Of a stretch of 64,000 bases of DNA, positions 48,836-63,420 are shown piece by piece. Source of the DNA: Eledone cirrhosa. Lineage: Eukaryota. The notes under the pieces are model-generated. The model ran no database searches and was not told the DNA's origin. It saw only the letters and a program-made list of their open reading frames with translations. The position numbers and the translations under genes were made by a program. The first letter of the stretch is position 1; every line of letters starts with the position of its first letter. The DNA lies in NCBI GenBank assembly GCA_964016885.1, contig OZ024740.1:143158001-143222000 (forward strand), read 5' to 3'.

Positions 48836-50439
48836 GTAACAGAAAAGAGAAAATAAATTTAAAGTAACTGGGGTAGGCGACATTATAAAAGAAAAAATAC
48901 TTGAAATAAATGCTCTCACCTGATTTAATCATTTACATTCTTGGGAAGTCTTTTAGCGTTACTTTACAAATAGTTGCATGGATGCAAGCATGGCTAAGCT
49001 GTTAAGAAATTTGCTTCACAATTAGGAGGTCTCAGGTTCAATCCCACTATGTGGAATCTTGAGAAAGTGTGTTTCCATAGACTCAGATCAAAGAAAGACT
49101 TGTAAGTAAAATTGGGTAGAGGGGGAATTGTGTAGAAGTTTATTGGATGGATTATACCTCTAATTCAAAGGTCCAGCCTTGTCATACACTGTGTTACACT
49201 GATTCATATTGAGAATTATATCAGGGATACATGTGTATGTGGAGTTCTCAACTCTTTACATTAGGATACAATATAGACTGCATCTGTAATACAAAGGTCC
49301 CAGTTTTGTCACTTATTGTGTCATTTTAATTTGGCTTCAGAATTACACTAAGGATGCACATGTTTGGCATACTCAACCATTTACATGTAAATTCACATAA
49401 ATTGATTGAGCAATTGAATGCTCATAGTCAAAACTGGTGAAGGCTCCATGAGTAATTGTTAATATATTTGAATTCCTTACTTATAGCCTGAAATATAATT
49501 TAATGATATAGATGATCAATTCTGCTTCTGAATATAATTGGCTTCTGTTTTATTGACACAACAGAAATATAAGATGTTAAATGTGGAATGATTTGAACTC
49601 AATGATGGTCCCAGTGACAAGCATTCAGTGTTTTGATCAACTGTATGTCAAACTAGGGAATTAATATGTAAGTTTTTGAGTATTATGCAGGCATGTGAAG
49701 AAAACTGTTCTTGAGTCATTGGTCGATATCCTTACGGGGTCGATAAAATAAAGTACCAGTAATGCATGAGATAATTGCTGGCCTTGTGCCAAAAGTAGAA
49801 ACAATTATTTATCTGCAGAATGATCAAATTCTGTCCAAGATTGAGAAGCATCTTTCATTTGAAGCCAAAGTAGCTGGGATAGTTAGGAAAAATTAAATTG
49901 GTCAAACAGTTTTAGACATAGCATATTAGGGAATAAAATCCCTTCATCGAAAATTCAAAAAATGGCAGCTTAAGAGTGACAATAAATATACAGCTCCAAA
50001 CTAGTTTCTTTTATTAATCTTTTGAGGAAGGGATTTTATCCTGAAATATAAGGAACTATAAAGAACTGCAAGGTAACATCCCAACTTCATTATTATCATA
50101 TTTTAAACATTTACTACATTGTGGTAGATTTCAAACAAAACACTATTTTCTACTATTTTTTCTTCTCATGTCTTATATGTTACTACTACTTATGTTAGAG
50201 ATGACAGATCAAAGATGAATTTCAAATGTTCTTACTTTGGGAAACATTTGATCAGAATCTTTTTTGCAGCCCTTCACACATTGTTACCTGCCATTGTATG
50301 AATTTGAGTTTCAGTTATTTCATAAAAGTTTCTTTATATAACATATAAGCAGCAAACTTTGTTTAAATCAACAGGCCTATCATCTCAAAAACTGGCAATG
50401 GGCCTGCAACCTGTCCTGGGATTGCATGTCCCAAGACCC

Positions 50440-51378
50440 CAAAGAAAGTTTAGAAGGGAGAAAATCTTGACAATTGGAACCTAAAACATCACAACCCTTA
50501 CAGGTAAGGAGCAGGAACTAATTCAGGAGGCTGATGCTACCAGCTAGATATAGTCGAGGTTTCCTCAACATAATTTTGTGGCTCTGACACTGTAGATGTG
50601 GATTGAGGATGGAAACTCTACTATTCAGGTGTGGCACCAGAAACGACTACACAGGCAAGAGTGGGGATACTCACCAGCTCCTGGCTGTCAAAATGTATTA
50701 TGGAGTGGATCTCATTAGGAGGGAAGATTTGCTTCTTGAAGCTTGGGCTGAAAGATAGGTCTCTATGGGTGGTGCAAGTTTATGCACCAAAGTAGGAGTT
50801 CAAATACAGATCCTTCCTTCATGAAGTCCCAGCAGTAGTTAAGACTAAGTTATATACCCTGATGGGAGACTTCATTGCACACGTTGGCACTGACCAACTC
50901 ACATGGAAAAGAGTGATTGGAAGGAATAGTGATCTTGATCTAAATACGAATGGAGAGGCCTTATTAGACTTCTCCTCTAGCAATGGACTCTCTATTATGA
51001 ACATCTCCTTCCATCACAGATATATCCATAAAAATACATGGTATAAGGGGAATCAGGGACAGAGATCAATAATTGATTTTGTTATTGTCTCTGATGTTCA
51101 TGTTAAGAGAGGTGCTAAGCTGTCAACTGGCCACCATCTAGTTACCTGCAACTAGTGACTACCTAAAGTCAAAGAAGCCCACAAAACTGGCAGGTCCAGA
51201 GCGATCTACAGGATAAAGTGCAAAGTATTGGTGGATAAAGAAGTCAGGACCAGGTATGCAGATATTGTTGCATCTAAATTCAGAGAACTCCCTGAGCAAA
51301 TGAAGGATGTTGAGACAGAGTGGAGATTGATCAGCTCATCAGTTCCTGTGCCAACTGTCAAATGCTGTGGACAAAAGT
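50440..51378 (+). mobile_element. Decayed AP endonuclease region of a third RTE-like LINE
   Basis: QVYAP, MGDFIAHVG, NGEALLDF, TWY...SIIDFVIVS and STGHHLV. Confidence 0.75.
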
Positions 51379-52126
51379 GTGATCAACATGAGTTTGATTT
51401 TGGACATTGACTGTCTTGTTTTCTTTGGCCTCAGAGACTCTGGACTCATCCACTGAAGGCTCTGATGCTTGATCGTCGAATCGAACTCAAAGATCTATGA
51501 CTCATCACTGGTGATGACTCCTCCCAGAAAATCTGGTTTGTTTTCAAGATGCTCAAGGATCTTCTGACACACCTGGTCATCATTGAGCAGCTTTGGCATC
51601 ATCTTCCCACAGATCTTCCACATGTCCAAATCTTCGGTGATAATCTTCTAAATGCTGTCATGGCTCATGCCCAGCTCACTTGCAATCAGTTGAACAGTCA
51701 GCTGATAATCATCATGCATCACCTGCTTCACTCACACACTAAAAGCCTTCTGCTCCTGAGGTCATCTTTCATATCCTCGTGTCCCTCTTTGAACCTTTTG
51801 TCCAACTCAAAAATCCATGAGCATGACATTGTCTCAGCTCCGTACATTTGTTGCAGTATCCCAAGTGATTCTGATGGAGTTTTCCTCAGCTAGACCAGAA
51901 ATTTCAGTTTGGTTTGTTACTCTGTGCCCATCATTTGACAGCCTAAAATTGAAGAGCTGTTAATAAAAGCATGTGAAAAAACATAGAATGGCTGTAGAGA
52001 GATGAGTTCGCAGTTATATACTCCTTGGATATTACGCCAATCAGTGACTCAGCTGGCTAATCCCTACCATACTCATATGTCTTGCAGCACACAAAATCCT
52101 GTTACTTTTCTGACACACCTCATACA
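51379..52126 (-). mobile_element. Mariner relic, 5' half
   Basis: Minus strand reads QWMSPESLRPKKTRQSMSKIKLMLI and VTSDES. TIR-like tatgaggtgtgtcagaaaagtaacag at the right end. Confidence 0.7.
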
Positions 52127-52524
52127 TAATGGCTGTATCTTGATTTCAAAAAATGCTTCCACCTGATCCCCCTCACATGACTCTTTAGCCCTTCCAAGGA
52201 TTTACATTCCTTTCTGCATATGCTGCAGTAATGTATATTACTATCATTTTAGTTCCGTTTTGTTTTGGTGAGTTTTCAAATGACAAAAAAAAAAATCTCA
52301 CAGACATACACACGTAACCAGTGTGCACACTTCGACTTTATAAGACTCTAGGGCACTCACATGGCCACATACACACATAGACAGAAGCCATGTACATCTA
52401 CCAATTTCTTCCCTTCGACACACGCACAACCACACCCATGCCACCCCAGTACCCTCCATCCTGGCTCCCCCAGGCTGGACCTTTTATCCACCTCCCCCTA
52501 CCATTCTTTCTCCTCCCAACCCCC

Positions 52525-54240
52525 TTTTATCGTATGGTGGGAAAGGAGACTCAAAGATCTCCTTGAAGAGAGCTCCATAGACCTTGTCAAGTACTCTCGT
52601 TACGTAGACGATATTAATATAGTAATAAGAACACCCCACAAGAGAGTACTAATGAACATGATTTAGAATATAGCACAATGGAAAGCATCCAGCAGATTGC
52701 TAACTCCATACACCAGAGTATAACTGTAACTGTTGACTACCCTTCCAAACACCCTAGCAATAGACTACCTGTATTAGACATGGAACTCTGGATTAACACT
52801 ATAGACGAGAGGGCCCAAATTCTCCACTCACATTATGCTAAACTCATGGCCTCCAAATACCTGATATTCAAATACTCAGCAATGTCCAGTAGTGCTAAGT
52901 TTAATATTCTGATCACAGACTTGGTACGAGTGATGAAGAACATGTCCCGCATGTGCGACCTAACTGAAAGGGAAAGATACATCCAACACTTCATCAACTG
53001 CATGCAATTCTCTGGCTACAACCAAAGAGACAGAATCAGAGTATACAAAGGAGCCACGGAGAAGTATAAGACCCTCATAGAAATGGACATGAAAGGAATT
53101 TGCCCATTATACAGGAGCAAATCATGGAATAGCTTAGATAGGACTAAACATAAGATAGGGAAAGCCACTTCATGGTACAACAACCAGAGATACCAGAATG
53201 TCATGTTCGTGGATGCTACCCCTGGGGGGAAATTAGCTAACTAATGTAGAAAGGCCCTAAGAAAGACCCACTTAAAGATTAAAGTGGTAGAAAAGCCAGG
53301 AACTACCATAAAATTCCTGATCAGCAAAACATACCCCTTTAAGAAAACCCACTGTACTAATAAGAAATGTGTTATATGTAAAGTGAACCCCCAGATAAAC
53401 TGTAAAACTAGAAACGTAGTCTATAGCATAAGATGTATAGAGGGTACTTGCAGAAACATGATAACAACATACATAGGCGAGACAGCTCGTAGCATAGGAG
53501 AAAGAATAGACCAACATTGGGGGGAATTAAAAGGACAAAAAAACAGTTCAGTACTATACGAACATGCCAGACAAAGACATGACGGTAATATAGACAACAT
53601 AGAAATTAAAATAATATCTAAACATAGAAATGACCCAACAAGTAGGCAAATCAGAGAAGCAAGTGAAATAGAGCTTAGAAAACCAAAGTTAAACAGAAAA
53701 AACGAATGGAATAACAACAACAACAACCATACCCAAACAAACAATACTGACTTAAGGGAAATATAAATAAATAAATAAATATATACACAAGTACAATAAC
53801 AACAAACCCATATAAACACACACTAGTAAACAAAGATAGAATACAAAAACCAAAACAAATACACTCAAACGCGAACACACACCAAACATTATACACACAT
53901 GCAAACGCATGCGCAGAGACGAGGACAAAAATGAATAAATAAATAAACATAAAATAAAATAAAATAAAAATGGTGTAAACATTACAATACAATAGGAGGG
54001 AACATGATAATAGTACCACTGATGATGTTGCAGATGTGCAACGAAAGAACTTTGTTAGACTATATATACATATATTTATATTTGCATTTTTAACCGTTGG
54101 TTGGTCAATGATAAACATTGATTACCAAATAAATTAACTATGAAGATATACAGAAGCGAAAACCAACCAAACAGTGAGTGTGTTCTGTTATTATTTCTGG
54201 CAATATTATTACAACAATATGACCCTCCCCAAGTATAACA
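52525..54240 (+). mobile_element. 5'-truncated Penelope-like element (RT C-terminus, GIY-YIG endonuclease, terminal repeat region)
   Basis: RYVDDI, DYPSKHPSNRLPVLD, C..KKCVIC, NVVYSIRC...YIGETARSIGERIDQH and E..I...KPKLN. One frameshift near 52635 and one in-frame TAA at 53242-53244. Confidence 0.9.
54011..54062 (+). ncRNA. Hammerhead-like motif downstream of the Penelope ORF, with degenerate stems I and III
   Basis: CUGAUGA-u-guugca-gaug-ugcaac-GAAA at the position expected for a Penelope terminal repeat. Confidence 0.55.
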
Positions 54241-54330
54241 ATATATATATATATATATACATATATATATGTACATATATATATACATATATATGTACAT
54301 ATATATATATATATACATATATATGTACAT

Positions 54331-54654
54331 ATCATTTTCATCATTTCATTTTACGTTCACTTTTTCCCTGCTTGCAAGGGGGGGATGGAAACTGATGCTG
54401 GCTTGATTTCTACAGCTGGATGCCCTTCCTAACACCAACTTCCTGCTTTTTTGCCGTGGCACCTGCACGACCAATTTGCAGTGGAATGATATGGACCCCA
54501 GTCCCTATCATCTCATTTCTACAGCTGAGTAAAGTGGAGCAATGTGAAATAAAGTGTCTTGCTCAAGGAAACAACACATCACCCGGTCTGAGAATTGAAC
54601 TCACAACCTTTCGATTGCAAGGCCAGTGCTCTAACCACTAAGCCATGTACCTCC
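54331..54654 (-). mobile_element. SINE family B, full copy
   Basis: Matches 28917-29306 and 20526-20842. Confidence 0.85.
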
Positions 54655-55830
54655 ATATATATATATATATATATGTTTATATGTACATATATATAAACAT
54701 ATATATGTACATTTATATATATACATATATATATACATATATATGTACATTTATATATATATACATATATATGTACATATATATGTGTGTGTGTGTGTGT
54801 GTCTGTGTTTGTATGTATGCATGTATGTATGTAAACATAGGTCTAACAATATACACCTAGACATGTGTATGTTTGTATATATTGGTATATATGTTTTTTT
54901 TTCATATCTTTATACTATGTATGTACTTGTGTGTGGTATGAGTGAAAGGATATAATAGAAGTCCATTAACATATGCCAAAATGTTTTCCATTTAGAAAAC
55001 TATCTAAAAATTAATCAAGACTTGCATGGTTCATTCCCCAGTCAAAGGCGATTCATGTAATTATTATATCTAGCCTTGTCACCAATGTTACACAAAACGT
55101 CTTTCAAACTGTTTTTTCCACTTTTTCTTCAATTATACCTATTACACAACATGTCATTAGTTTTACACAGACCTTTTGTAATTAACAAACTCTTGGCTAT
55201 TGGCCACACACTTAGTCTGCTCAAATGGCGCTAGGCTGAGATATTTTAAGCTCCATAAAAAACATGTTCTTTTACTTTTTTCCTTCAAATCTGATGTTGA
55301 CCAATTTTAATTATATTTTAATTTGTTTCCAAATAGACATTTTTCTATGTAAATTATATCCAATTTCCGCAATCCAGCGTGTTTTAAACATGTGTGATTG
55401 TGTGTGGGTATGCAGCTTGTATATGTGTTCATATGAGAAAGTGGATTGTTATTTAGTATATAAAAAAAGATGTGTGTTAGTTTTAAAAAAGTCCCAAACA
55501 CCTGAGATGTGTCACTTCACAAGGGAGGTGAGAAATGAGCAATGAACTAAATTACATCACTGATTCTTAAACAGTGGCTCATAAACAACAACCATTACAT
55601 CTGACTTCAGCCCCTCTAAAAAGATTATTTCATATCATAGATATTATGTAACTATTACTAAGAAGTTATTCTTCATTGGATTTATAACTAACTAGTACAT
55701 AACCCCTTGTTATATGGATGGAATACAGTAATGTTCGTTTTCTTCCCCAAACTTTAATCAAGCTATATTTGAGAATATATGTACACACCCACACCTACAC
55801 ACTCACACACACACACACACATATAAATAT

Positions 55831-57378
55831 ATCATCATCATCATCATCATTATCGTTTAACGTCCATCTTCCACGCTAGCATGGGTTTGGACGGGAATTT
55901 TCCCACTTGAGGCAAGATTTGTTGTCTTGCTCGCATAGGACTGTCTGACGGGTTTTATACAGCTGGATGCCTTTCCTAACACCAACCACGTTTACAGTGT
56001 GGACTGGGAGCTTTTTACCGTGTTACTTACACGACCACATTACAGCGTGGACTGTGTTTTTTTGTTGTGACACCTACACGCCCTCATTTGTTTCGGACTG
56101 GATGCTGTGGTACCAACATAACTTTACATTGGAAGAGGTGGTGTGGATGGGGTGGGGGTAGTGGGGCCGGGGTGTATTTTGTTAGAGGTGCCTACTGACT
56201 GTAGGTTTCGCTTTGTACTTAGGCAAGGCGGGTCTTCTGTATTACTGTGTATCGCCAAAGATCTAAGTCCAGTGACATTGTCTTGGAGAGGTGTAAGTGT
56301 GTGAGGTCGGAATTTATCAAGTCGTCCCAGGTTTTTCTGGGTCTGCCTACTCCGTGGCTACCGTCTATTTTTATCGCCCTGCACTTTTTTTATACAGCTG
56401 TCGTCTTTCATGCGCATCACGTGACCGTACCAACGTAGTCTTCTCTCGAGTAAACAACATCTGATCCCTCTTATTCCTAATTTCTCCCTTAGTTCGTTTA
56501 TGCTTTGCCGTTCACGTATATTACTATTACACATCCAGCGGAGCATGCAAGCTTCGTTCCTCTCCAGTCTGCGTATATCCTCTGCACACAATGCCCAGGT
56601 CTCACTGCCATGCAACATTGCTGTTCGTATGCAGGCATCATACAGCCTGCCTTTCATTTTTAGTGAGAACCCTTTAGCGGCCAATAGTGGTATAAGCTCT
56701 CTGAACTTTTTCCATCCCGTTCTGACTCTAGCTACTGTACTTTCGGAGCACCCTCCACCACTGCTGATTTTGTCACCCAGGTAACGGAAGGTGTCCACTA
56801 TTTCTATACAACCATCTGTGCAATGGAAAGAGCTAGTATTCTGTGGGCACTTGCTGCTACTTATTGCACCAGAGCACTGGCCACATATAAAATCTATATT
56901 CTTAGTTAGCTTACTTGTGATCCCACTACATATTTTATGCACCCATACTTTGCATTTCGGACATAAAATGAAGTTTCTGCCTACTCCTTTCCTACACACT
57001 GAGCATGGCCATTTCCCAGATGGGACTGGTGCCCTATTTTCCTTCCTACAAACTAGAACTTTAGTCTTAGACAGGTTAATTTTAAGGCCTTTTGATTCTA
57101 GGCCATACTTCCATATTTGGAATTTCTTCTCTAGTTCGGCCATTGATTCAGCTATGAGCGTTAGATCATCTGCGTATAGGAGTTCCCATGGGCAGCCGGT
57201 CTTGAACTCCTCTGTTATAGCCTGAAGGGCAATAATAAATAGAAGGGGGCTAAGGACGGAGCCCTGATGAACACCAACCTTTACGCTAAACTCTTCACTA
57301 TATTCGTTGTTAATTCTAACCTTGCTGACTGTTTCTTTATACATGGCTTGTATAGCTCTCACAAGCCATTCATCAGCA
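55831..57378 (-). mobile_element. RTE family A, 5'-truncated within RT
   Basis: 345-aa ORF nearly identical to the C-terminal part of the 932-aa ORF. (ATG)n tail and (TA)n flank. Confidence 0.93.
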
Positions 57379-57381
57379 TAA

Positions 57382-57408
<27 letters not shown>

Positions 57409-57412
<4 letters not shown>

Positions 57413-57985
57413 ATCATCATCATCATCACCATTTTACGTCCATTCTTCCACGCTAGCATGGGGTAGATGGGTTGTCTTGTCGTGGGCAGTGCCCAGTCGG
57501 CTGACCTTGTCTTGCCCATACAGGAACTCATCATCATCATCATCATCAACGTTTAACGTCCGTGTTCCACGCTTGCATGGGTTTGGACGGGGGTAGTCCC
57601 ACTTGAGGCAAGAGTGATTGTCTTGCTCGCATAGGACTGTCTGGCAGGTTTTCTACAGTTGGATGCCCTTCCTAACACCAACCACATTTACAGTGTGGGT
57701 CTGGGAGGTTTTTACCGTGTTGCCTACACGGCCACATTACAGCGTGGACTGTGTGTTTTTTTGTCGTGACACCTACACGATCTCATTTGTTTCGGCTTGG
57801 ATGACTATATATAAATATCCAAAACATGAACCTCATAACACTAATTGTTTTTGTATCTCTGTGTTTGTCATTTTTTATTATTTATATATATATATATCGA
57901 TAAAATTATTTATATATATATAGATAAAATAAAGTACCAGTAATACATTGGGTAATTGCTGGCTTTGTGCCAAAAGTAGAAACAA

Positions 57986-58017
<32 letters not shown>

Positions 58018-58350
58018 CATCATCATCATCATTGTTTAACGTCCGTTTTTCACGCTAGCATGTGCTAGGCAAGTTGTCCCATTGTGAGTCAAGTCACCTC
58101 AGATGACTGTGTCTTGCTCATACAGAACTGTTTCTGGCTTGGTTTCTATGGTTGGATGCCCTTCCTAATGCCAACCACATTTACTGTGTGGACTGGGTGC
58201 CTTTTATTGTAGCACCAAAATGACCACTTTTCAATGTGGATTAGGTTCTTTTATCCTATTACCTGGAGCACGGGGGGGGGGGTCTAGGTGCTCTTTTGTC
58301 ATGGCACCAGCATGAGGTTTTGTTGTGTCACCATGACTGTTTTCAGGGAG
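57409..58350 (-). mobile_element. Cluster of RTE 3'-tail stubs (57409-57527, 57528-57803, 58017-58350)
   Basis: Each begins with (CAT)n followed by ttt(a)acgtcc on the plus strand. 57528-57803 nearly duplicates 30519-30797. Confidence 0.8.
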
Positions 58351-58464
58351 GACTGATAGCTATTAGCCATTAGCCATTTCAGCAGCAATATATATATATA
58401 TATGTGTGGGTGTGGGTGTTTGTGTGTGTGTGTGTGTACATATGTATACAATTAGTTATGACAG

Positions 58465-58525
58465 TGACATGTTCATGTACTTAAGTTTCGTTGGGTTAGC
58501 CATCCCAACTCATTCAGCCTGTCAT
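58465..58525 (-). ncRNA. Hammerhead-like motif with one extra core base
   Basis: cagg-CUGAAUGA-guuggg/cccaac-GAAA-C-UUAA-G-UA-caug. Confidence 0.5.
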
Positions 58526-58779
58526 ATAATTAAAAATGGCTTCTCACCATGGAGATTTTAGAAAGTATAGGAGAGTTCTATAGGTAGGCAATCCCGAATT
58601 TATCTATAAATAGATAATTGTTTCTACTTTAGGCACAAGGCCAGCAATTACCCAGTGCATTACTGGTACTTTATTTTATCGACCCCGTAAGGATGAAAGG
58701 CAAAGTCAATGTAAGTGAAAAGGGAAGTAACAAGTAAAAACACCAAGGTAAGCAACTTGGGCTTAAGTTGAAAAGTCGA

Positions 58780-59380
58780 AGAAAATAAGTTGAATTAATC
58801 TGGTTTAAACCATTTTTTTCAGAACAAATTTTACTGCATGAGGACAGCCACTGATGTAGTTGAGGCATGTATTTAAATGGTGTTTCCCTGAAGCCAGTTG
58901 CAAGAGTATATTCCATTTCTCTGAATTACACAGCTGGAAAAATCTCATCCATTGATATAGGTGGGGTTCCAGTATCCTATTTTTTGTGGTTCCACACACG
59001 GTTTGCGAGCTGAGTAGTATGTTTTTTGTCAGAATGTCTCAAGGCTGTTTTGTGGTTCAGGAAATGGCTCTCAGGCATTCCTATATAAGCCCAGGCTGCA
59101 GTTTGGTGGTTCTGGTTGGTGGAGGTCACTTCTGCTTGATATATCACTGCTGGAGTATTGCACTGTTGATCCAAGGGGTATGCCTCTGTTCTTCTGCATG
59201 AGCATCCATAAGGTGGAAGGCTTTTGCATTTGTTGGTGATATGTTATTGGTATAAGAGTAGACTATTTTTGCTGTATAATGGTTGAATATTTAGCCGGAT
59301 TTATGGCCTCCAAGGAATTGAAAATCTTTCATTCGGATATTAGTAGGCTGTCCCCAAATTGGTCCACTATTTTATTTTAT
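58780..59380 (-). mobile_element. Decayed Penelope-like GIY-YIG fragment
   Basis: C.TPAVIYQAEVT...WAYIGMPE..F.NHKTALRH.DKKHTTQLANRVWNHK. Confidence 0.75.
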
Positions 59381-60029
59381 TTTCTTCTTCTTCTTCTTTT
59401 TCACCCACTTATTCCTGAGAGGATTGTTGGGGCAGAGTCCTCAAACACTCCTTTCAGCAGGTCCTGTCAGAAGCAACCATCTCCAACTGATCCAGCTGGT
59501 TTTGCCATTAAAATCTGTCACTTGTGTTCATGATTGTATTCTTTTGGTCATTACCCAAGATTTGTGACCATTTGTATAGAGACATCAGGGCAGCAAGGAG
59601 ATGACCATCGATCCCATACTCCTGCAGAACCTTCCACAGTAGGTCCTAAGGTACACAGTCATATGCCTTTTCAATCTCCTATCTTCTATTCTATGTTTGG
59701 GTTTAACATAATCCTGTTACATAATTCTGCAAATAACACCTGATGAAATTGTCTAGTCTTGCATCATAATCGGATGATAGAGTTGGGCCATCGAAATATG
59801 TTTAGCGCTTTTGCGGAATTAAAAGAATATCTCAGGACTTTAGAGGGGGAACAGTTAGGGAGTGGCAGTGGACAGGGAATGGGTGGGTTGACATGGACAA
59901 GGTGGAGAGAGTAGCTACTATGGTGCTGTAGAGAATGTATCTAAGGACTTTAGAGCATGAAGGAGGTATAGCTAAGAAGTGATACTGAGGATGTGCAGTG
60001 AAGAGCCTTGTCACATTTATGCTGGTGGT

Positions 60030-61000
60030 TGGATCTTCATCAACATAGTGGTTCTTTGTCATCTCTTTTGTGAGGTTTAGCTTCTTAAGGTGAGTCTTCA
60101 CTATCTTATCCCAAGTCTCACTGGATCTGACTCTTTCATAGGTCCCGGCCAATGGGATTTCATTTCTTTATGCAGCTATCTTCCATCTACATTACATGTC
60201 CTTACTAATGCAATCTTCTCTCTTGCACACTACATCCAATTCCTCTTATGCCAAATTTTTCCCTCAGTTTGCTTATACAATGTCATTCATGAACACTGAC
60301 ATTATACATCCATCAGAGCATACACGCTTCATTTCACAGGTCTTCTGGATTCAAGGGCCATGATTCAGTCATATAGCATTGCAGTTTGTTATCGGTAGAG
60401 GTACCAGCTCCCTAAATGTCTTCCAGCTATCCTAGCTATCATACTTTGAGAACATCCCCTCCCCACTGCTGATTTGGTTATCTAGGTAATGAAAGCTGTC
60501 AACAATTTCTAAGGAGCCTCCCTGGTAACTGAAGGTATTTATTTCACATGCTCTTAGTGCTTACTTCTCCTGTGCATCTGCTGCATACCTGCCTGCAATC
60601 CAACTCCATCTTTTGTGCGTCCATAGATTACACTGAGTGCACCTTATGGAATTTCTGTCCACCCCTTTTTAACATATTGAACAAGGTCACTTCTTTGATG
60701 GTATCAGCCTCTTGCTCTCTTTCCTACTTATTAAGACATTCGTCTTTGCTAAGTTTACTTTTAGGCCTTTTGACACTTGCTTGAAATTTTGCCTTTAACT
60801 GTTAAGCAGTACTATGTCATCTGTAAATTTCAGCTGACTGATCCTATGCTCACCAATCCTAATACCACTTCCAGCCTGGATGCATGTGTCAATCCTATTC
60901 ATGAAGATTATGAACAGGAAATGTAATAGTACAACCCTTGGGGTCCTATATACACATTGAATGATTTCATCTTAGCACCATTTATCTGAGCACAAAAATA
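60030..61000 (-). mobile_element. Old RTE fragments
   Basis: SETWDKIVKTHLKKLNL and EIVDSFHYL remnants, plus an LFIIFMNRI-type RT fragment. Confidence 0.6.
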
Positions 61001-62040
61001 CTAGGGCATTTATATAGAGACTTTAGGGCAACAAGAAGCAATCAATAAAAAAAACACCTTTGAGTATCCCATATACCTTCATTTTGAATGCCCCAGCTGT
61101 ATCAAAGTGCGCCACTCTGCAGGTGGGCTAACACAGTACCACAAAGCATGCCATGCCAAACAAACTCAAACATGCAGGAAACTTACCTACTCACTTTGTG
61201 GTATGATATGTAAATCACTTCCTGGTTTGATGAGCCATCTAAGGCAGCATCATAGACAGCAACATCAATAGCAAGTTTTTGTCAATGATTGTTTTTTTTT
61301 TGTTTGTTTGTCATTTTTGTTCTAAGAAGTGGCCATGCTTGGACAAATGAGTTGGCTTCCTCTATATGGGTGCGTATATATGTAGATATGTATGTATATG
61401 TGTATGTATGTATGTATGTATGTATGTATGTATGTATGTATGTATGTATGTATGCATGTATGCATGTATATATGTATATATCTATGTATGTGTGTGTGTA
61501 TGTGTGTGAATATGTGGAGGTGAGTCAGTTCATGTGTGTACATACACAAACATAGACACATATATGTGGGTGTGTATGAGAGAGAGAAGGGAGATAAAGA
61601 GGAAGGAGAGAGAGGTGGAGAGACTCTTCTTTATTCCATGGCAATATATGTGTGTGGGTTTGTAGGTGTGTGAGAGAGAGAGAGGGAGACAAAGATAGAG
61701 ACATAAAAACAGACAGACTTCCTTTATCTCACACTAATCTCATGTGTGTGTGTGTGTGTTTGTGTGAGAGAGAGGGGAAGGGAGAGGATGAGAGGGGGGA
61801 AGGGCAGAGAGAGATATACATAGGGAGAGACAGATAGAGAAAGGAAGAGAGAAAGTCAATACATAGGAAGCAACTATATTGTATATGAACAACACTATGA
61901 ACTCTGATTAAAGATAAACCAAAGCAACAATACCTGTTGTCACCTTAACATGAAATTTAATCAATGGAAAGTCAGAAATCCTGACATTAGTTGCTTATAT
62001 TTCCACGTAAACATTTATCTATCTATCTTTCTGTTTCTTG

Positions 62041-62100
<60 letters not shown>

Positions 62101-62599
62101 CATATCTATCTATCTATTGAATTTACCTTTCTCACCTAATTTTATTTTTATTGTCTTTGTTTGGTTTGTTACTGTCTGTGTAACTACTTTGCTTTATAAT
62201 GTTATGACATAGTTTGTCTAATCCACATATGGCAACGTTCTATGATATTAATTAGCCAGAAGTCAACATACTTTCAACTATAAAAGTGAACAAATTACAT
62301 ATAAAACATAAAATAAATGCAAATAAAAACATAAAATAGATGTAGATAGGTGCAGGCATGGCTGGAGATTACTTCACAATCACAAGGTTTCTGGTTCAGT
62401 TCAACAGCATGGCACCTTAGACAAATCTCCTCTATCATGATCTCTATATATATTAACATAATGATCTTCTGCACCCATGAACATGGCCACAAGATACTCA
62501 AACTTCTTGATTTGCTTCAGTGGAACTCCATTTATATGAAGAGTTCACTGTACAGGCTTCCTTGAGAGGAAGAGTGTCTCAGATTTTGCAGAACTGATT

Positions 62600-63420
62600 T
62601 TCATTCCAGCCATGCACCACTCACCATTAAATCAATCAAGTGAAAGTCAGAGATCACCTTCTGTCGAGTTAAGTAATACTATGTCATCAGCACATTCCAG
62701 CTGACTGATTCTACACTTTCCAGTCATGATACCAATTCCAGCCTGACTGCGCCTAATCCTGTTCATGAAAATAATGAACAGGAGAGGTGACAGTATGCAC
62801 CCTTGGCAGAGTCCAACTTCCACATTGAATGGTTTTGATTTAGGATCATTTATCCAAACACAAATACTCAGACATTTGTATAGAGTGATGGAAGACAGGA
62901 GGCTGAATTAAGTGCAAGAATGGCAGGAGCTGGTGCAGTAATGTGCCAGCTCCACATTCGGTAATCAGAAGAAGGGAAGTAGGTGTAAAAGCGAAACTCA
63001 CTATCTCAATTCGGTATTTGTGCCAACTCTTACCTATCATGAATCTTGGGTAATGGCCAAAAGAATATGATCGCAAACACAAGCAGCCAAAATGGGGTTC
63101 CTCTGAAGGATTTTTGGAGTAACATTACTCAATAGAGTGAGTAGCCTGGAGATTGAGAGATCTCAGCTCTGATACTATGGGTATGTAGCTAGAATATCTT
63201 GGGAAAGAATTGCTGGACAGATTTTACAGGCAAAGACCAACCGGCAGGAAACCCAGGGGTTGTCTCTGAACAAGATGGTTGGATAAGATTCATGAGTTCA
63301 GCTGGTCTCACTTGCAGATCAGTTGGAAATGATTGCTTCTGACAGGACCCACTGGAAGGAATGTTTGAGGACTATACCCCCACAACCCTTTCAGGAATAA
63401 GTAGGCACAGGAGAAGATCT
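62600..63420. mobile_element. Old RTE-like fragments in both orientations
   Basis: Minus 62650-62830 reads VGLCQGCILSPLLFIIFMNRI. Plus 63000-63400 is C-terminal-like. Confidence 0.55.

Noticed and set aside
53242-53244. Selenocysteine read-through in the Penelope-like ORF
   Set aside because: The in-frame stop is TAA, not TGA, and the copy also has a frameshift.
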